Source: a virus
Lineage: Duplodnaviria; Caudoviricetes
IMG/VR virus record: IMGVR_UViG_3300037631_006232
Location: 32,001 to 96,000 of that record
Strand: one strand, 5' to 3'
DNA: 64,000 bases
This document shows positions 26,703 through 37,025 of the stretch, in pieces. The notes under the pieces are model-generated. The model worked only from the letters and a program-made list of their open reading frames with translations, searched no databases and was not told the origin of the DNA. Both the position numbers and the translations under genes were made by a program. Each line of letters starts with the position of its first letter. Position 1 is the first letter of the stretch.

Positions 26703-28580
26703 TTAAATTCTACACACATTAAGTGCAGTTTTTGAAATATCACTATTACTCACCACACATCCGGTGTCAAAAGGTTTTATGTTTTTATCTAGGCAATCTA
26801 ATACATGTGGACACGTTACACACTCTATTTGTTTACTCATAAGAGTGCTTACGTTTATCTTGCTATCTAGCAGTCGCATTATGTTATGGTTAACGCTATT
26901 CCTCATAACCACTACTTGTACAAGTAGTTTTTTAAACCCCTTAGCACGAATACCATAGTTACGATCTAGGCTTTGTAACCAGTGATCTAGAGACCAGCTA
27001 ACTTCAGCGTATATCATAGTAGGGGCTTTAAAAGTAACTCCTATACCCATAGATATTTGCGCTACTATTATAGCACTATCGCAAGTATTGAAATCCTCTT
27101 CTACCTCTGAATGGTTTTTAGTAGTAGAATCGTAGCGCAAAGTTTTACCTAACTTAGAGCATTTATTAAATAATTCCTGTATAACCCATTGATGTTTACC
27201 CCACACGATAATCTTTTTAGTTCCTGACGCTAAGTGCGATTGCACTAACTCAAGTACAGCGTCTAGGACAACAGTATTACCTACTTCACCGATTAATCGC
27301 CCAGGGTCTTTAGAAACAACAGAACAGGCTGTTGTGTAAGGCTGGATACCTGCGTCCACACATTGCTGAACTAACGGGCAGGTGTCACATATCTTAGGGT
27401 CTTTCTGAGACTTGTAGCAGAATCCCATACTTAACTGAGCTAACCTAGTCATTGCTGTTAAATGGTTATCAGGAACTTCTAGCGAAACAGCCCCTACCTC
27501 TATACTACTCAAAGCCACAGTAGCGTTATACAGCTTTCTAGCTTTAGAGTCGGGGCTAATTTCTATTACTTGTATAGTCCTATCGGGTAGATCTAGGCAC
27601 TCTTCAGCTGTTTTACGAATACTCATCGAAGTTACTAGCTCGTTAACCTCATCTATATTTTTCCAACCTGTTATAATGTGCTTATTAAAAGCGCTACGTA
27701 TAGCATGCCTATTTTGAAACTGCCAAGACCCAGGTACCACGAAGTCGCCCAAAGCTTTTAGCTGCCCCCACAGGTGCATCGGAGAGCCTAGCGAAGGAGT
27801 GCCACTCAGTAGTACCCTACGAGTAACAGGCTTAGCCTCTACTAGCTCTAAAACCCCCTTAGTACGTCCTGATCTAGGAGATCTTAAGGAGTGAGATTCG
27901 TCTAGTATTACGTCCGTGTAAGGTACTATTTGCTTAAGCAAGTCCTTAGCTACTCTACAAGTGTCGTAGGTTACTACGATACCACAGGTTTTAGAATCTT
28001 CTAAAGCAGCTAGAATCTTCTTTCTCCTAGTTTTACCTGTAACAACTATAGGCTCTAAGTTCCATTCTCCTTGGGAGTGGAACTGCATTTCTTTCTTCCA
28101 GGTAAACTGATTTACCTTTAAGGCTACTATTAGCCAAAAAGATCTAGGTCGTTGCTTTTTAGTATACATTATTAAATCACAGCCTATTTTAGTTTTTCCT
28201 AGTCCTGGATCTAAGAACAGGCCTAACCTCGGCATGTGTATAGCTAAGGAAAGGCTCTCTACTTGGTGATCATAGGGTTTTATTTTAGGTACAAAAGTAT
28301 CCGTATCCCCTTCTTGGATGCGGTCTACAGATTCTTTGAGTTCCTGCTCTAGTTCGATAACTTTTTTGCTAAGTTCGAAATTAGCTATGTTAGCGTACTC
28401 TCTAATATCTTCTAGTACATATAGTCCAAAAGGTAGGTAGCCGGGAGCAAACCAAATGTTTTTCTTGGAATGCTTGCTCATACCGTATACACTCCTGAGA
28501 ACTGCTACCTCAGCAGGCTTTACGTCAGTAATATATATGACTGGTAATCCCGAACTAGCTAATGTTGTGTTAACCTTCAT
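26703..28580 (-). CDS. SNF2-family (SF2) helicase
   Basis: PYDHQ, DPGLGKT, ILDESH, LSGTP, QSLDRNY. Cys-rich insertions. GGAGG RBS. Confidence 0.92.
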   Translation of the reverse strand: MKVNTTLASSGLPVIYITDVKPAEVAVLRSVYGMSKHSKKNIWFAPGYLPFGLYVLEDIREYANIANFELSKKVIELEQELKESVDRIQEGDTDTFVPKIKPYDHQVESLSLAIHMPRLGLFLDPGLGKTKIGCDLIMYTKKQRPRSFWLIVALKVNQFTWKKEMQFHSQGEWNLEPIVVTGKTRRKKILAALEDSKTCGIVVTYDTCRVAKDLLKQIVPYTDVILDESHSLRSPRSGRTKGVLELVEAKPVTRRVLLSGTPSLGSPMHLWGQLKALGDFVVPGSWQFQNRHAIRSAFNKHIITGWKNIDEVNELVTSMSIRKTAEECLDLPDRTIQVIEISPDSKARKLYNATVALSSIEVGAVSLEVPDNHLTAMTRLAQLSMGFCYKSQKDPKICDTCPLVQQCVDAGIQPYTTACSVVSKDPGRLIGEVGNTVVLDAVLELVQSHLASGTKKIIVWGKHQWVIQELFNKCSKLGKTLRYDSTTKNHSEVEEDFNTCDSAIIVAQISMGIGVTFKAPTMIYAEVSWSLDHWLQSLDRNYGIRAKGFKKLLVQVVVMRNSVNHNIMRLLDSKINVSTLMSKQIECVTCPHVLDCLDKNIKPFDTGCVVSNSDISKTALNVCRI

Positions 28581-28619
28581 TTTACCTCCAAGGTTTAAGA
28601 CAAGGATGCCAGGTGCGTA

Positions 28620-28631
28620 TACTTATACCAT
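28620..28631 (-). promoter_or_regulatory. extended -10-like promoter for the replication operon
   Basis: ATGGTATAAGTA about 40 nt upstream of the helicase start. Same 12-mer at 15919-15930. Confidence 0.6.
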
Positions 28632-28647
28632 ATAACCTTTAATTTTT

Positions 28648-30387
28648 ATGGAGCTTTTTATGCTAGGAGATCTACCCAATATGACCTCTCCCGGGAAGAA
28701 TGGGACCTACTCAGATCCTATGCGACTGTGGGCCCACTCTTTCTCTCCTAGAAATCTAAAACAGCTTTTTAGATGGACTGAGTACCTATACTACAACTCT
28801 GCCCAAATATTTGCTGGAGTAAGAAAATATGCCGAGTACCCTATTACAGAAATAGAGTACCTAACTGATAGTGATAAACTCACAAGCTTATATAGGAGAC
28901 TACTGGAGGAAACTGTAGGTATAAAACAAGCTTTAATAAAAAGTTCTATCGATCTGCAAGTTTACGGAAACTCTTTTACTTCTGTACATTTACCTTTCAA
29001 GAGAAGCCTTAGATGTGGTAAGTGCAATTTTACGGAAAAAGCTACTGAAGTGGAATTTAAATACAACCCACACAAGGCTATATTTAAGCATACTTGTTCC
29101 GATTGTGGTCATGTAGGCGAGTCCAAGGTGGTTGATAAACTAGAGCTGTCTCCTGAAAAAATAAATATTGTTAGATGGGACCCTAAGCTTATACAGATTA
29201 ACTATAATACTGTTACCAGTGAAAGTGAGTATTTTTTAAGTGTGCCAAGCACTATGAAATCTAAGGTAACCTCAGGTGACCGGCATTTAATACTCACACT
29301 TCCTATGGCTATATTAGACACTATTGCTAGCGGAGATCTATTTAAATTTAATAAGTCCGAGCTTATGCATCTAAAGTCTCACGCACCTGCGGGGGTTGAG
29401 AGCGGGTGGGGGTATCCACCTTTGGTAGCATGCATGCCTCTTTTCTACCACGCTAGTGTATTAAGAAAAGCTAATGAAGCTATAGCTCTAGAGAGAATAG
29501 TCCCTATGAGAGTTATGCACCCTCAAGCAATAAGCGGTAATGCTGATCCTATACTTAGCTTATCTATGAGCAAATTTATGGGGGAGGTAGAAGACAACCT
29601 CAAAAAATGGAGGAGAGACCCCAACCATATCATGATGAGCCCTGTAGCTATCGGAGTATCTCAAGTAGGTGGGGAAGGTCGTGCTCTTATGGTTAACGCA
29701 GAGATACAACAAGCGGAGGATAACATAATAAACGCTATGGGATTTCCTAAGGAGTTTGTATACGGAGGGCTTAGTTATACAGGTAGTAGCGTTACTCTAC
29801 GTATGTTAGAAAACCAATTAGAGTCTTCCGTATTTCAAATAAACAAATTACTTACTTGGTTAACTAATAAGATGGGAGGCTACCTAGGTTGGGAGAAATG
29901 TAAGGTTAAGCTTGGGGATTTTAGGATGATAGACGATGTGCAACAGAAGCAGCTAGTAATGCAGCTATTTCAAATGGGTATGGTCTCTAAGACCACGATG
30001 GCAGAGGCTCATGGTATAAATATACAAGATGAGCGAGATAAGATAAAGCAGGAGAACCTAACCGACGCTAGATTCCAAAAAGAGTTGGAACTTGATATGA
30101 TGGACCTTCAAAAAGACCTTAGCCAACAAGCTAGGCAGATGTCGGCCCAACAGCAAGGTGCGGGAGGTTTATCTTACGACCAGCAGGCTGTAATATCTGA
30201 AGCAGAGAACTTAGCTATGCAGTTACTACAAACAGACCCAAGTACCCGAAAATCTCAACTGGCTAGTTTACAGTCGGAAGATTATGTGATGTACTCAGTA
30301 GTAATCCAACGTATGGAGCAATTACAACTCGACCAAAAGAATCAAGCTATGCAACAAGCTATGGGTGGCGGCCAGCCCCCTATGTAG
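28648..30387 (+). CDS. portal protein (probable)
   Basis: 579 aa, first gene of the head region. DLQVYGNSF, ELMHLK..GWGYP, IINAMGFPKEF, Zn-ribbon insert, Gln/Met-rich tail. Confidence 0.75.
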   Translation: MELFMLGDLPNMTSPGKNGTYSDPMRLWAHSFSPRNLKQLFRWTEYLYYNSAQIFAGVRKYAEYPITEIEYLTDSDKLTSLYRRLLEETVGIKQALIKSSIDLQVYGNSFTSVHLPFKRSLRCGKCNFTEKATEVEFKYNPHKAIFKHTCSDCGHVGESKVVDKLELSPEKINIVRWDPKLIQINYNTVTSESEYFLSVPSTMKSKVTSGDRHLILTLPMAILDTIASGDLFKFNKSELMHLKSHAPAGVESGWGYPPLVACMPLFYHASVLRKANEAIALERIVPMRVMHPQAISGNADPILSLSMSKFMGEVEDNLKKWRRDPNHIMMSPVAIGVSQVGGEGRALMVNAEIQQAEDNIINAMGFPKEFVYGGLSYTGSSVTLRMLENQLESSVFQINKLLTWLTNKMGGYLGWEKCKVKLGDFRMIDDVQQKQLVMQLFQMGMVSKTTMAEAHGINIQDERDKIKQENLTDARFQKELELDMMDLQKDLSQQARQMSAQQQGAGGLSYDQQAVISEAENLAMQLLQTDPSTRKSQLASLQSEDYVMYSVVIQRMEQLQLDQKNQAMQQAMGGGQPPM

Positions 30388-30394
30388 AGGAATT

Positions 30395-30763
30395 ATGAGT
30401 AACGATAACGACTTTATTAGTACTATATCACAGTTAGCAGGTAATCAGGAAGGGCCTCAATTACCAGACCCTTTCCCTAGTATACCGAACCCTCCTGAGG
30501 GTTTTGACCCTGAAGGATCCCCTATAAGAACAGATTCACCTAGCCCAGAACCTCCTTCTTGGGCTAAAAAAAAGCCTAAGCAATCTTACTTACCTCGCGC
30601 TAGGGTTTTCTTCATTAACGATGAAGGTAATCCAGAGTACGACAATATTCTTAGGCAAGGAGCTAATGGTGAAATTATACTAGCTAAAAAAGAGATTGCA
30701 GATTTAAAAGGGTCTAGTGGATTCAAAGTATATCTTGAATGGTTAGAGCCCTTAGAGACCTAG
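30395..30763 (+). CDS. hypothetical protein with Pro-rich N-terminus
   Basis: GAGG RBS before the ATG at 30395 (track start 30365). Confidence 0.65.
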   Translation: MSNDNDFISTISQLAGNQEGPQLPDPFPSIPNPPEGFDPEGSPIRTDSPSPEPPSWAKKKPKQSYLPRARVFFINDEGNPEYDNILRQGANGEIILAKKEIADLKGSSGFKVYLEWLEPLET

Positions 30764-30776
30764 AGATCTAGAAAGT

Positions 30777-30812
30777 ACCTACTATTTTTTAGGGGTAGGT
30801 GGGATATTCCGT
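30777..30812. terminator. hairpin region between convergent genes
   Basis: ACCTAC...GTAGGT inverted repeat, followed by GGGAT...ATCCC. Confidence 0.3.
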
Positions 30813-30840
30813 AGAAAATCCCAGATGAAGATCAACATAT

Positions 30841-31329
30841 TTATCTTCTTCCTTTCCTTTTTCGATAGCCCTCTCGGTTATGGGCTTTTTTAAACTGAGC
30901 TAGTACGCTAGGCTTTACCCAACCTCTGGTTAGATCTACATAGGGATGAGCATCCGTACCTAAGTACTCTGGTCCTAATAGATCTAAAGAGTCTGGGTCG
31001 TGCCAGTTACTATTTACTTTCAATACACCTTGGTCGGTGATTCCTCCAAAGGTACCTGAGTAGTTACGTTTGTGTGTAGGACAAACTTTTACTCGCTCAC
31101 CTACGGAAGGAATCATAGAGCCTGTGTATAAGTAGGATAGACCTACCCCTAGGAAACCGCCTATCAGGAACGCAGTGAACAAACTAGATAAGGCTATCTC
31201 CCTATCTAAGTCTGCTCCCCACCCGCAAGAGTATGCGGTTCCACTGGCAATGGCAACTAGGTGTGGATCTACCCTAACAAGAGTGGAGTGGTACCTGTAG
31301 TTGGCTTTTGAGATGTATGACCTCCTCAA
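30841..31329 (-). CDS. hypothetical protein with one hydrophobic segment
   Basis: 162 aa, start uncertain, basic C-terminus. Confidence 0.45.
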   Translation of the reverse strand: MRRSYISKANYRYHSTLVRVDPHLVAIASGTAYSCGWGADLDREIALSSLFTAFLIGGFLGVGLSYLYTGSMIPSVGERVKVCPTHKRNYSGTFGGITDQGVLKVNSNWHDPDSLDLLGPEYLGTDAHPYVDLTRGWVKPSVLAQFKKAHNREGYRKRKGRR

Positions 31330-32554
31330 GATTTTGGTCTATGGTTGGTAGATCCAGAAATCTTTTAAAAGATTTCAGAGTTGAGAATTCCTCTAATTTA
31401 GGTAGTTTCTCCGTGAAAGATATACCCATAGATGTCTCGTGGTAGCCAAAGTTACCTGAGAATAGGGTGGCTAGGTTCTCATCTTGTAGTTTCGTGTCTA
31501 CAAGCTTTCTAATCATCGGGCGGGAAATATCCTTAAGGTTGTTATTTACAATGATATCTACTAGTACGCTATAAATTTCAATACCTACCGATTTGTACAC
31601 AGTAGACATCGTTTCAGTAGTTGCATCTTTCCTCATTAGGGAAAGAAATAAGGAGTCTACATCTGAGGTATCTCCTACTGCTTCGGCGTAGTTGAGACAT
31701 ATCTTGTCCCAGGTTTCTGTGTAGTCGGCTTTTGAGGAGATCCACTCCTGTTCGAGTCGGAGTTGTAGTTCGGCTTTTTCTCTTTCTCTTTCTGCTCTTA
31801 CGGGAGCCATGAAAGCCTCCGTAAGGGCCTCTTTCTCTTTCTGCTCCGCAGCTACTCGGGCTACATCTGCAGCTTCCTTAATACGAGCCGCCTTCTCGTC
31901 CGAACTTTCGGATAGCAGCTTCTCGTATTTCCAGCTAGTGAGACCAGTGACCGCTTGGTACAGTGACACTGTACCGCGGATAGCACCACGTACTTTTACT
32001 TTTACGAAACTCGTCGTTAAGATACTGCCCAGAAAAGTAGGGGAATAAATAGGATCTGAGCCCGTACCTTCCAAGGTAAGCTTATCACCTTCTTCTATAA
32101 AGCCGAAGAAGTCTCTGGCTGATTTCTGTTTATCAGCTGAGATAGCGGAGGCTTTTACTTTTCTAAAACTTACGGGTAGTATAGGCAAGGAGGTGTCCGT
32201 ACGCTCTCGTGTGTGTAAGATCATACCTACGGTTTCTCTCAGGAATACATCCCGCATCTCAAACGTCTCTCGCTTACTAATAGGAGCAGATGCTAGGATT
32301 TCTAACATCAGGTTCTCTAGGTCTAATCTATTCTGGTGACCTTTAATAGAGGCTTCCGATAGTTCTAGCACGGGGTTGTCTAGGTGCTTATTCGCATATA
32401 GTAGATCTGCAAATAACGGGTAGTTTCGGTAGGTCTCTGCAAACTCAGTTTTAGGTGAGTCGCTTTGAAACTTACGGGGCAATTCTAGTTGCGGGTTTTG
32501 AGCCTCGCTGGGCTTTCTATTTCTTTTTGCCATGACAAACTCCTTCATAGGCAA
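31274..32554 (-). CDS. hypothetical protein with central coiled coil, probably early
   Basis: 426 aa, E/K/R/A-rich middle. True start probably MAKRNR after AAGGAG. Confidence 0.7.
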   Translation of the reverse strand: MPMKEFVMAKRNRKPSEAQNPQLELPRKFQSDSPKTEFAETYRNYPLFADLLYANKHLDNPVLELSEASIKGHQNRLDLENLMLEILASAPISKRETFEMRDVFLRETVGMILHTRERTDTSLPILPVSFRKVKASAISADKQKSARDFFGFIEEGDKLTLEGTGSDPIYSPTFLGSILTTSFVKVKVRGAIRGTVSLYQAVTGLTSWKYEKLLSESSDEKAARIKEAADVARVAAEQKEKEALTEAFMAPVRAEREREKAELQLRLEQEWISSKADYTETWDKICLNYAEAVGDTSDVDSLFLSLMRKDATTETMSTVYKSVGIEIYSVLVDIIVNNNLKDISRPMIRKLVDTKLQDENLATLFSGNFGYHETSMGISFTEKLPKLEEFSTLKSFKRFLDLPTIDQNLEEVIHLKSQLQVPLHSC

Positions 32555-32623
32555 GTAAAGGGGAGTGTAACCCCATATCTAGCGCTACCACACAGACCTT
32601 GAAATCAGGGTGTGTAGTGCATA

Positions 32624-32635
32624 TACTTATGACAC
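32624..32635 (-). promoter_or_regulatory. variant of the minus-strand promoter motif
   Basis: GTGTCATAAGTA (TG-n-CATAAG-TA), followed by a leader hairpin at 32582-32620. Confidence 0.45.
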
Positions 32636-32663
32636 ATACAGAGTAAATTTTGTGAGTTTTACT

Positions 32664-35600
32664 ATGGCAAAAAGTACAAGATATCTTAATGCTTCTCCTG
32701 AGGAGAGGCAGAGACAGCTGCGTCAAAAAACCCTAGAAGGTGTGCAGAGTTTATTTCCTATAATAGGAACTCACCATACCATAGAAGCGGACAATTTTGA
32801 GGTTCAAGAAAAAGAAGTTAACTATAGTGATCATAAAAAAGCTTTGTTTAAAGGAGGGTCTATATATGAGCCTATAAAGGCTACGGTTGTTATAAAAGAC
32901 AAAGCCGGTAATGTCGTATCTAAGAGGAACAAACATACGGTTATGCACCTGCCTAGAGTGACTCATCATAATACTTTTATAGTCAACGGTAACGAGTACG
33001 CACTTAAACACCAGCTTAGAACCAAGCCTGGGGTGTATACTAGAAGAAGAGGTAGTGAAGAATTAGAATCTAGCTTTAACCTGGCTAAAGGAGCTAACTT
33101 TAGGTTAAGCCTAAATCCTACTAGAGGCGGCCTTCAGATGGAGTACGGAAGCTCTAAAATTCCTATGTACCCTATACTAAAACAAATGGGTATTAGCGAT
33201 ACTGACATGTCAAAATATTGGGGCAAAGACCTAGTGCAGCGCAATAGGGACTTGTATGGTAAAACCTCCGATAAAGCAGTAGCTAAGCTTTTTTCTAAAA
33301 TAGTGCCTAAGTCGGAACAGTCCTTATACGAGAGTGTACAGGATAAATCACAAGCTATATTGAGAGCTTACGAAAACACTATCTTAGATCCAGAGACTAC
33401 TAAAACAACCTTAAAAAAATCTTTTGATAAAGTAACCCCAGAGGCCTTGTTAGTAGCTAGCAAGAAGCTTGTATCTGTGTATAATGATGAAGATTCAGAG
33501 GACGAGCGAGATAGCTTACAGTTTCAAAAGGTTGTAGGTCCCGAGGACATATTTAAAGAACGTTTGGAGTTGAAGGCTAGGGAACTTAAGTGGAAAATTA
33601 AGAATAAGTTAGACCTTAGTCCGAATGTTAGCGTTGCTAAAGTAATGCCTAGTACTTCGACTAATGGGGAACTTAAAAAGTTTTTGAGTACGGCCCAACT
33701 AGCTAGCTTACCTTCTCAAATAAACCCTGTAGAAATGCTGGATAGCTCCCTAGCGGTAACTCGCTTAGGGGAAGGTGGTATATCTAACGAAAGAGCAGTT
33801 CCTGCTTCTGCTCGTAAATTACACTCATCTACATTAGGTATTATAGATCCTTTTAGGACACCAGAATCAGGTAATGTCGGAATAGATCAAAGATTTACTT
33901 TAGGTGCTCGGAGGGACGATGCGGGAAATCTATACGCCTCTATGGTAGATGCTAAAACAGGAAAGGCGGTAGCCATAGCTGCTAAAGATATGGCCAACAA
34001 AGTTATAGCCTTCCCAAATCAAGACACCAAAACTGGTAGTGTAGACGCCATGATACGAGGTAAAGTAGGTAAAGTAAAACCCAGAGAGGTTGACTATCTT
34101 ATAGCCAATGCTCCTAAGATGTACACTACTAATACTAATCTAGTGCCTCTGCTTGATAGTACTCAAGGTAATAGAATTATTATGGGTTCAAAAATGGTAG
34201 GGCAAGCTATGCCTTTAGTTAATAGAGAGAAACCTCTAGTAATGAGTTCTTTTGTTAGCGACGGGGATGATGAGTCTAAATCTATAGAAAGGGTTGTAGG
34301 CTTATCTACAACTCCCGGAGTTGGGGCAGAAGACGATGGGGTCGTTGAAGAGGTTTCAGACACCCATATAAAAATTAAATACAAGACTAAGGGAGACGTA
34401 TCCTACGAGATACCCAAAAATATGCCTTTAGCCTCCAAGACTTTCTTAGACGGGGTGGTTAGGGCTAAAAAAGGGGACCGTGTTAAAGTAGGAGATACTT
34501 TAATGGATACTAACTTTACTAAAGACGGTACCTTAGCTTTAGGTCGTAATTTAAAAGTAGGTTATTTAGCCTACCACGGTTTAAATTCAAACGACGCAGT
34601 AGTTATGAGCAAGCAAGCCACAGAGAAAATGGCTTCTATAAACATGACTAAATTTGTAATAGAGACTGATAGAGATACTTTGATAGATAGGAATAAGCAC
34701 TCTGCAAACTTCCCCAGACAATTTACTAAAGACCAGTACTCTAAGATGGATAAGGGAGTTATACAGGTAGGGCAGAAACTCAGGTCAGGAGATCCTATAG
34801 CGGCAGTTCTTAGAAAAAAAACACCCAGTATAGAGAACCAAATACTAGGTAAAATACATAAATCTCTTAGGCAGGAGTACTCTGACGCCGCAGAGACTTG
34901 GGATAAAGAATCCGAAGGAGAAGTAGTGGCCGTAGAAAAAGAGGGTAAAAGAACTACTGTTGTAGTTCGGAGTGTTGAGAAATTAAAAATAGGGGACAAG
35001 GTAAGTAATAGGTATGGAGGTAAAGGGGTTATTAGTAAGATAATACCTGATGAGGATATGGTGCAAGATGAGTCGGGTAAACCTATAGATATACTCTGGA
35101 GCTCTTTAGGGGTTGTTAGCCGTATCAATCCTTCGCAAGTAATTGAAACTGCCGCCGCAAAAGTTGCTGAGAAGATGGGTAGATCTATTGCTATACCTTC
35201 TTTTAAAAAACGTAATAATGTTGAGTGGGTGCGAGGCTTGATGAAAAAGCATGGGGTAAAAGATAAGGAGACTGTGTTTGACCCTATAACAGGTAAAAAG
35301 ATACCCAACATAATGGTAGGGCCTCAGTACACCTATAAGTTATTTAAAAGTTCAGACACTAACTATGCCGCTAGAGGCCTTAATGGAGGGTATGACATTA
35401 ATGAGCTGCCTAGTAAAGGAGGGGTTACAGGAGCAAAGGGCACTGGTATAATGGAAATCAATGCTCTTCTAGCGCATGATGCTAGAGATATTATTAAAGA
35501 AAATGCTATTATTAAAGGCACTCGCAATACTGAGTTTTGGAGAGCCTTCCAACTAGGCAGGCCCTTGCCTCCTCCCAAGTCTAGCTTCGCATTTGATAAG

Positions 35601-37025
35601 TTTAAAGGTATGCTTGCAGGGGCTGGTATACGGTTTAAAAAGGAAGGGAATCATATGTCGTTGGTGCCTATGACAGATTCTGAAGTTAGAGGCATGTCTA
35701 ATGGGGAAATAGAGAATGGGAGAATGGTTTTGGCTAAGAATTTAAAAAGTGAAAAAGGAGGGCTATTTGATATAGGTAAAACAGGAGGTATAGTAGGTAC
35801 TAAGTGGACGCATGTAGAACTGCCCGAGCCTATAGTTAACCCCTTATTTAAAGACGCTAGTAGGCGATTACTAGGGCTGACAGATAAACAACTAGATGAG
35901 CAGACCTTTTCTAAAGGTGGGGATTTTGTTAAAAAAGAGCTCAACTCTATAGATATAGATTCCCGATTAACCTCCCTTAAGAAAGCACTGCCTACTTCTA
36001 AAGGTGCTGATAAAGATAATGCTTATAAGCAGATAAAGGCTCTAAATGCTTTAAAAACTAACAATATTAAACCCGGTGATGCTTATACTATGAAAGCTTT
36101 CCCGGTGCTACCTCCAAAACTAAGACCCGTAGTTCCTGGTGCTAAAGGCGATCTTTTGATATCCGATGTTAATCATGTATACAAAGATCTTATACTAGCC
36201 AAGCAAAAGCTTAAAGAAGCCCAAGATCTAGGCTTACCAGATGAAGATGTTGCTAGTATGCGTAAGCATGTTTCTGAAGCTGCAGGAGCTGTTATTGGTA
36301 CTAGAGAACCTGTGTCTTCAAAGCTGGCGGCTAAGCAGGTTAAAGGTCTTGTTAATACTATTACAGGTACTAAAACAGGCTTCTTTAATGGTAAAGTTTT
36401 AGCTAGGAGACTAGACTTTACAGGTAGAGGTACAGCTGCACCGGACCCTAGCCTAGGTATGGATGAGGTGGGTCTTCCAGAATCTATGATGTGGGATATG
36501 TACGCTCCTTTCGTTATGAAAAACTTATCCAGAGGAGGGTACTCTGCCCTACAGGCTAAAAAAATGGTGGAAGATAAATCAAGTCGAGCTAGAGAAGAGC
36601 TTATGATAGAATCTAACAGACGTCCTGTTATACTTAATAGAGCACCTTCTTTACACAGATTTAATGTTATTGCTTTTAAGCCCAAACCAGTTAGCGGTAC
36701 TACTATACAAGTTAACCCTTTTATGGAGGATGGTATGAACTTAGATTATGATGGAGACGCTCTACAAGTACATGTCCCTGTTACTGACGGAGCGGTCACT
36801 GATGCTAAAAAACTGTACCTATCTAATAATGTACTAGGCGATAGAAATAGAGGCACTTTACTAGCTTACCCTAAGCAGGAAGCTATGGCAGGTATTTTTA
36901 AAGCTACTTCAGCTAGTAAATCCTCAGGCCCTATTAAAAAATTTAAAACAAGTAAAGAAGCTATGTCTGCTTACCGGCGGGGAGACGTTTCTAGTACAGA
37001 CATGGTGGAGATAGAAGATGACTAG
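32664..37025 (+). CDS. multisubunit RNA polymerase chain 1: beta fused to the N-terminal/catalytic half of beta'
   Basis: Beta motifs FIVNGNE, RLGEGGIS, DPFRTPESGNVG, NRIIMGSKMVGQAMPL, GDKVSNRYGGKGVIS, SRIN, GPQYTYKL. Beta' motifs HVELPEP, PVLPPKLRP, RRLDFTGR, LNRAPSLHR, NLDYDGD. ATG at 32664 (track start 32610 is GTG). Confidence 0.95.
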   Translation: MAKSTRYLNASPEERQRQLRQKTLEGVQSLFPIIGTHHTIEADNFEVQEKEVNYSDHKKALFKGGSIYEPIKATVVIKDKAGNVVSKRNKHTVMHLPRVTHHNTFIVNGNEYALKHQLRTKPGVYTRRRGSEELESSFNLAKGANFRLSLNPTRGGLQMEYGSSKIPMYPILKQMGISDTDMSKYWGKDLVQRNRDLYGKTSDKAVAKLFSKIVPKSEQSLYESVQDKSQAILRAYENTILDPETTKTTLKKSFDKVTPEALLVASKKLVSVYNDEDSEDERDSLQFQKVVGPEDIFKERLELKARELKWKIKNKLDLSPNVSVAKVMPSTSTNGELKKFLSTAQLASLPSQINPVEMLDSSLAVTRLGEGGISNERAVPASARKLHSSTLGIIDPFRTPESGNVGIDQRFTLGARRDDAGNLYASMVDAKTGKAVAIAAKDMANKVIAFPNQDTKTGSVDAMIRGKVGKVKPREVDYLIANAPKMYTTNTNLVPLLDSTQGNRIIMGSKMVGQAMPLVNREKPLVMSSFVSDGDDESKSIERVVGLSTTPGVGAEDDGVVEEVSDTHIKIKYKTKGDVSYEIPKNMPLASKTFLDGVVRAKKGDRVKVGDTLMDTNFTKDGTLALGRNLKVGYLAYHGLNSNDAVVMSKQATEKMASINMTKFVIETDRDTLIDRNKHSANFPRQFTKDQYSKMDKGVIQVGQKLRSGDPIAAVLRKKTPSIENQILGKIHKSLRQEYSDAAETWDKESEGEVVAVEKEGKRTTVVVRSVEKLKIGDKVSNRYGGKGVISKIIPDEDMVQDESGKPIDILWSSLGVVSRINPSQVIETAAAKVAEKMGRSIAIPSFKKRNNVEWVRGLMKKHGVKDKETVFDPITGKKIPNIMVGPQYTYKLFKSSDTNYAARGLNGGYDINELPSKGGVTGAKGTGIMEINALLAHDARDIIKENAIIKGTRNTEFWRAFQLGRPLPPPKSSFAFDKFKGMLAGAGIRFKKEGNHMSLVPMTDSEVRGMSNGEIENGRMVLAKNLKSEKGGLFDIGKTGGIVGTKWTHVELPEPIVNPLFKDASRRLLGLTDKQLDEQTFSKGGDFVKKELNSIDIDSRLTSLKKALPTSKGADKDNAYKQIKALNALKTNNIKPGDAYTMKAFPVLPPKLRPVVPGAKGDLLISDVNHVYKDLILAKQKLKEAQDLGLPDEDVASMRKHVSEAAGAVIGTREPVSSKLAAKQVKGLVNTITGTKTGFFNGKVLARRLDFTGRGTAAPDPSLGMDEVGLPESMMWDMYAPFVMKNLSRGGYSALQAKKMVEDKSSRAREELMIESNRRPVILNRAPSLHRFNVIAFKPKPVSGTTIQVNPFMEDGMNLDYDGDALQVHVPVTDGAVTDAKKLYLSNNVLGDRNRGTLLAYPKQEAMAGIFKATSASKSSGPIKKFKTSKEAMSAYRRGDVSSTDMVEIEDD

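Noticed and set aside
34163-36685. Antisense shadow ORFs (for example 34571..35311 and 36173..36685, and similar ones at 9854, 43246, 53090, 54772)
   Set aside because: They lie wholly opposite well-supported genes and have the composition expected of reverse-frame artefacts.
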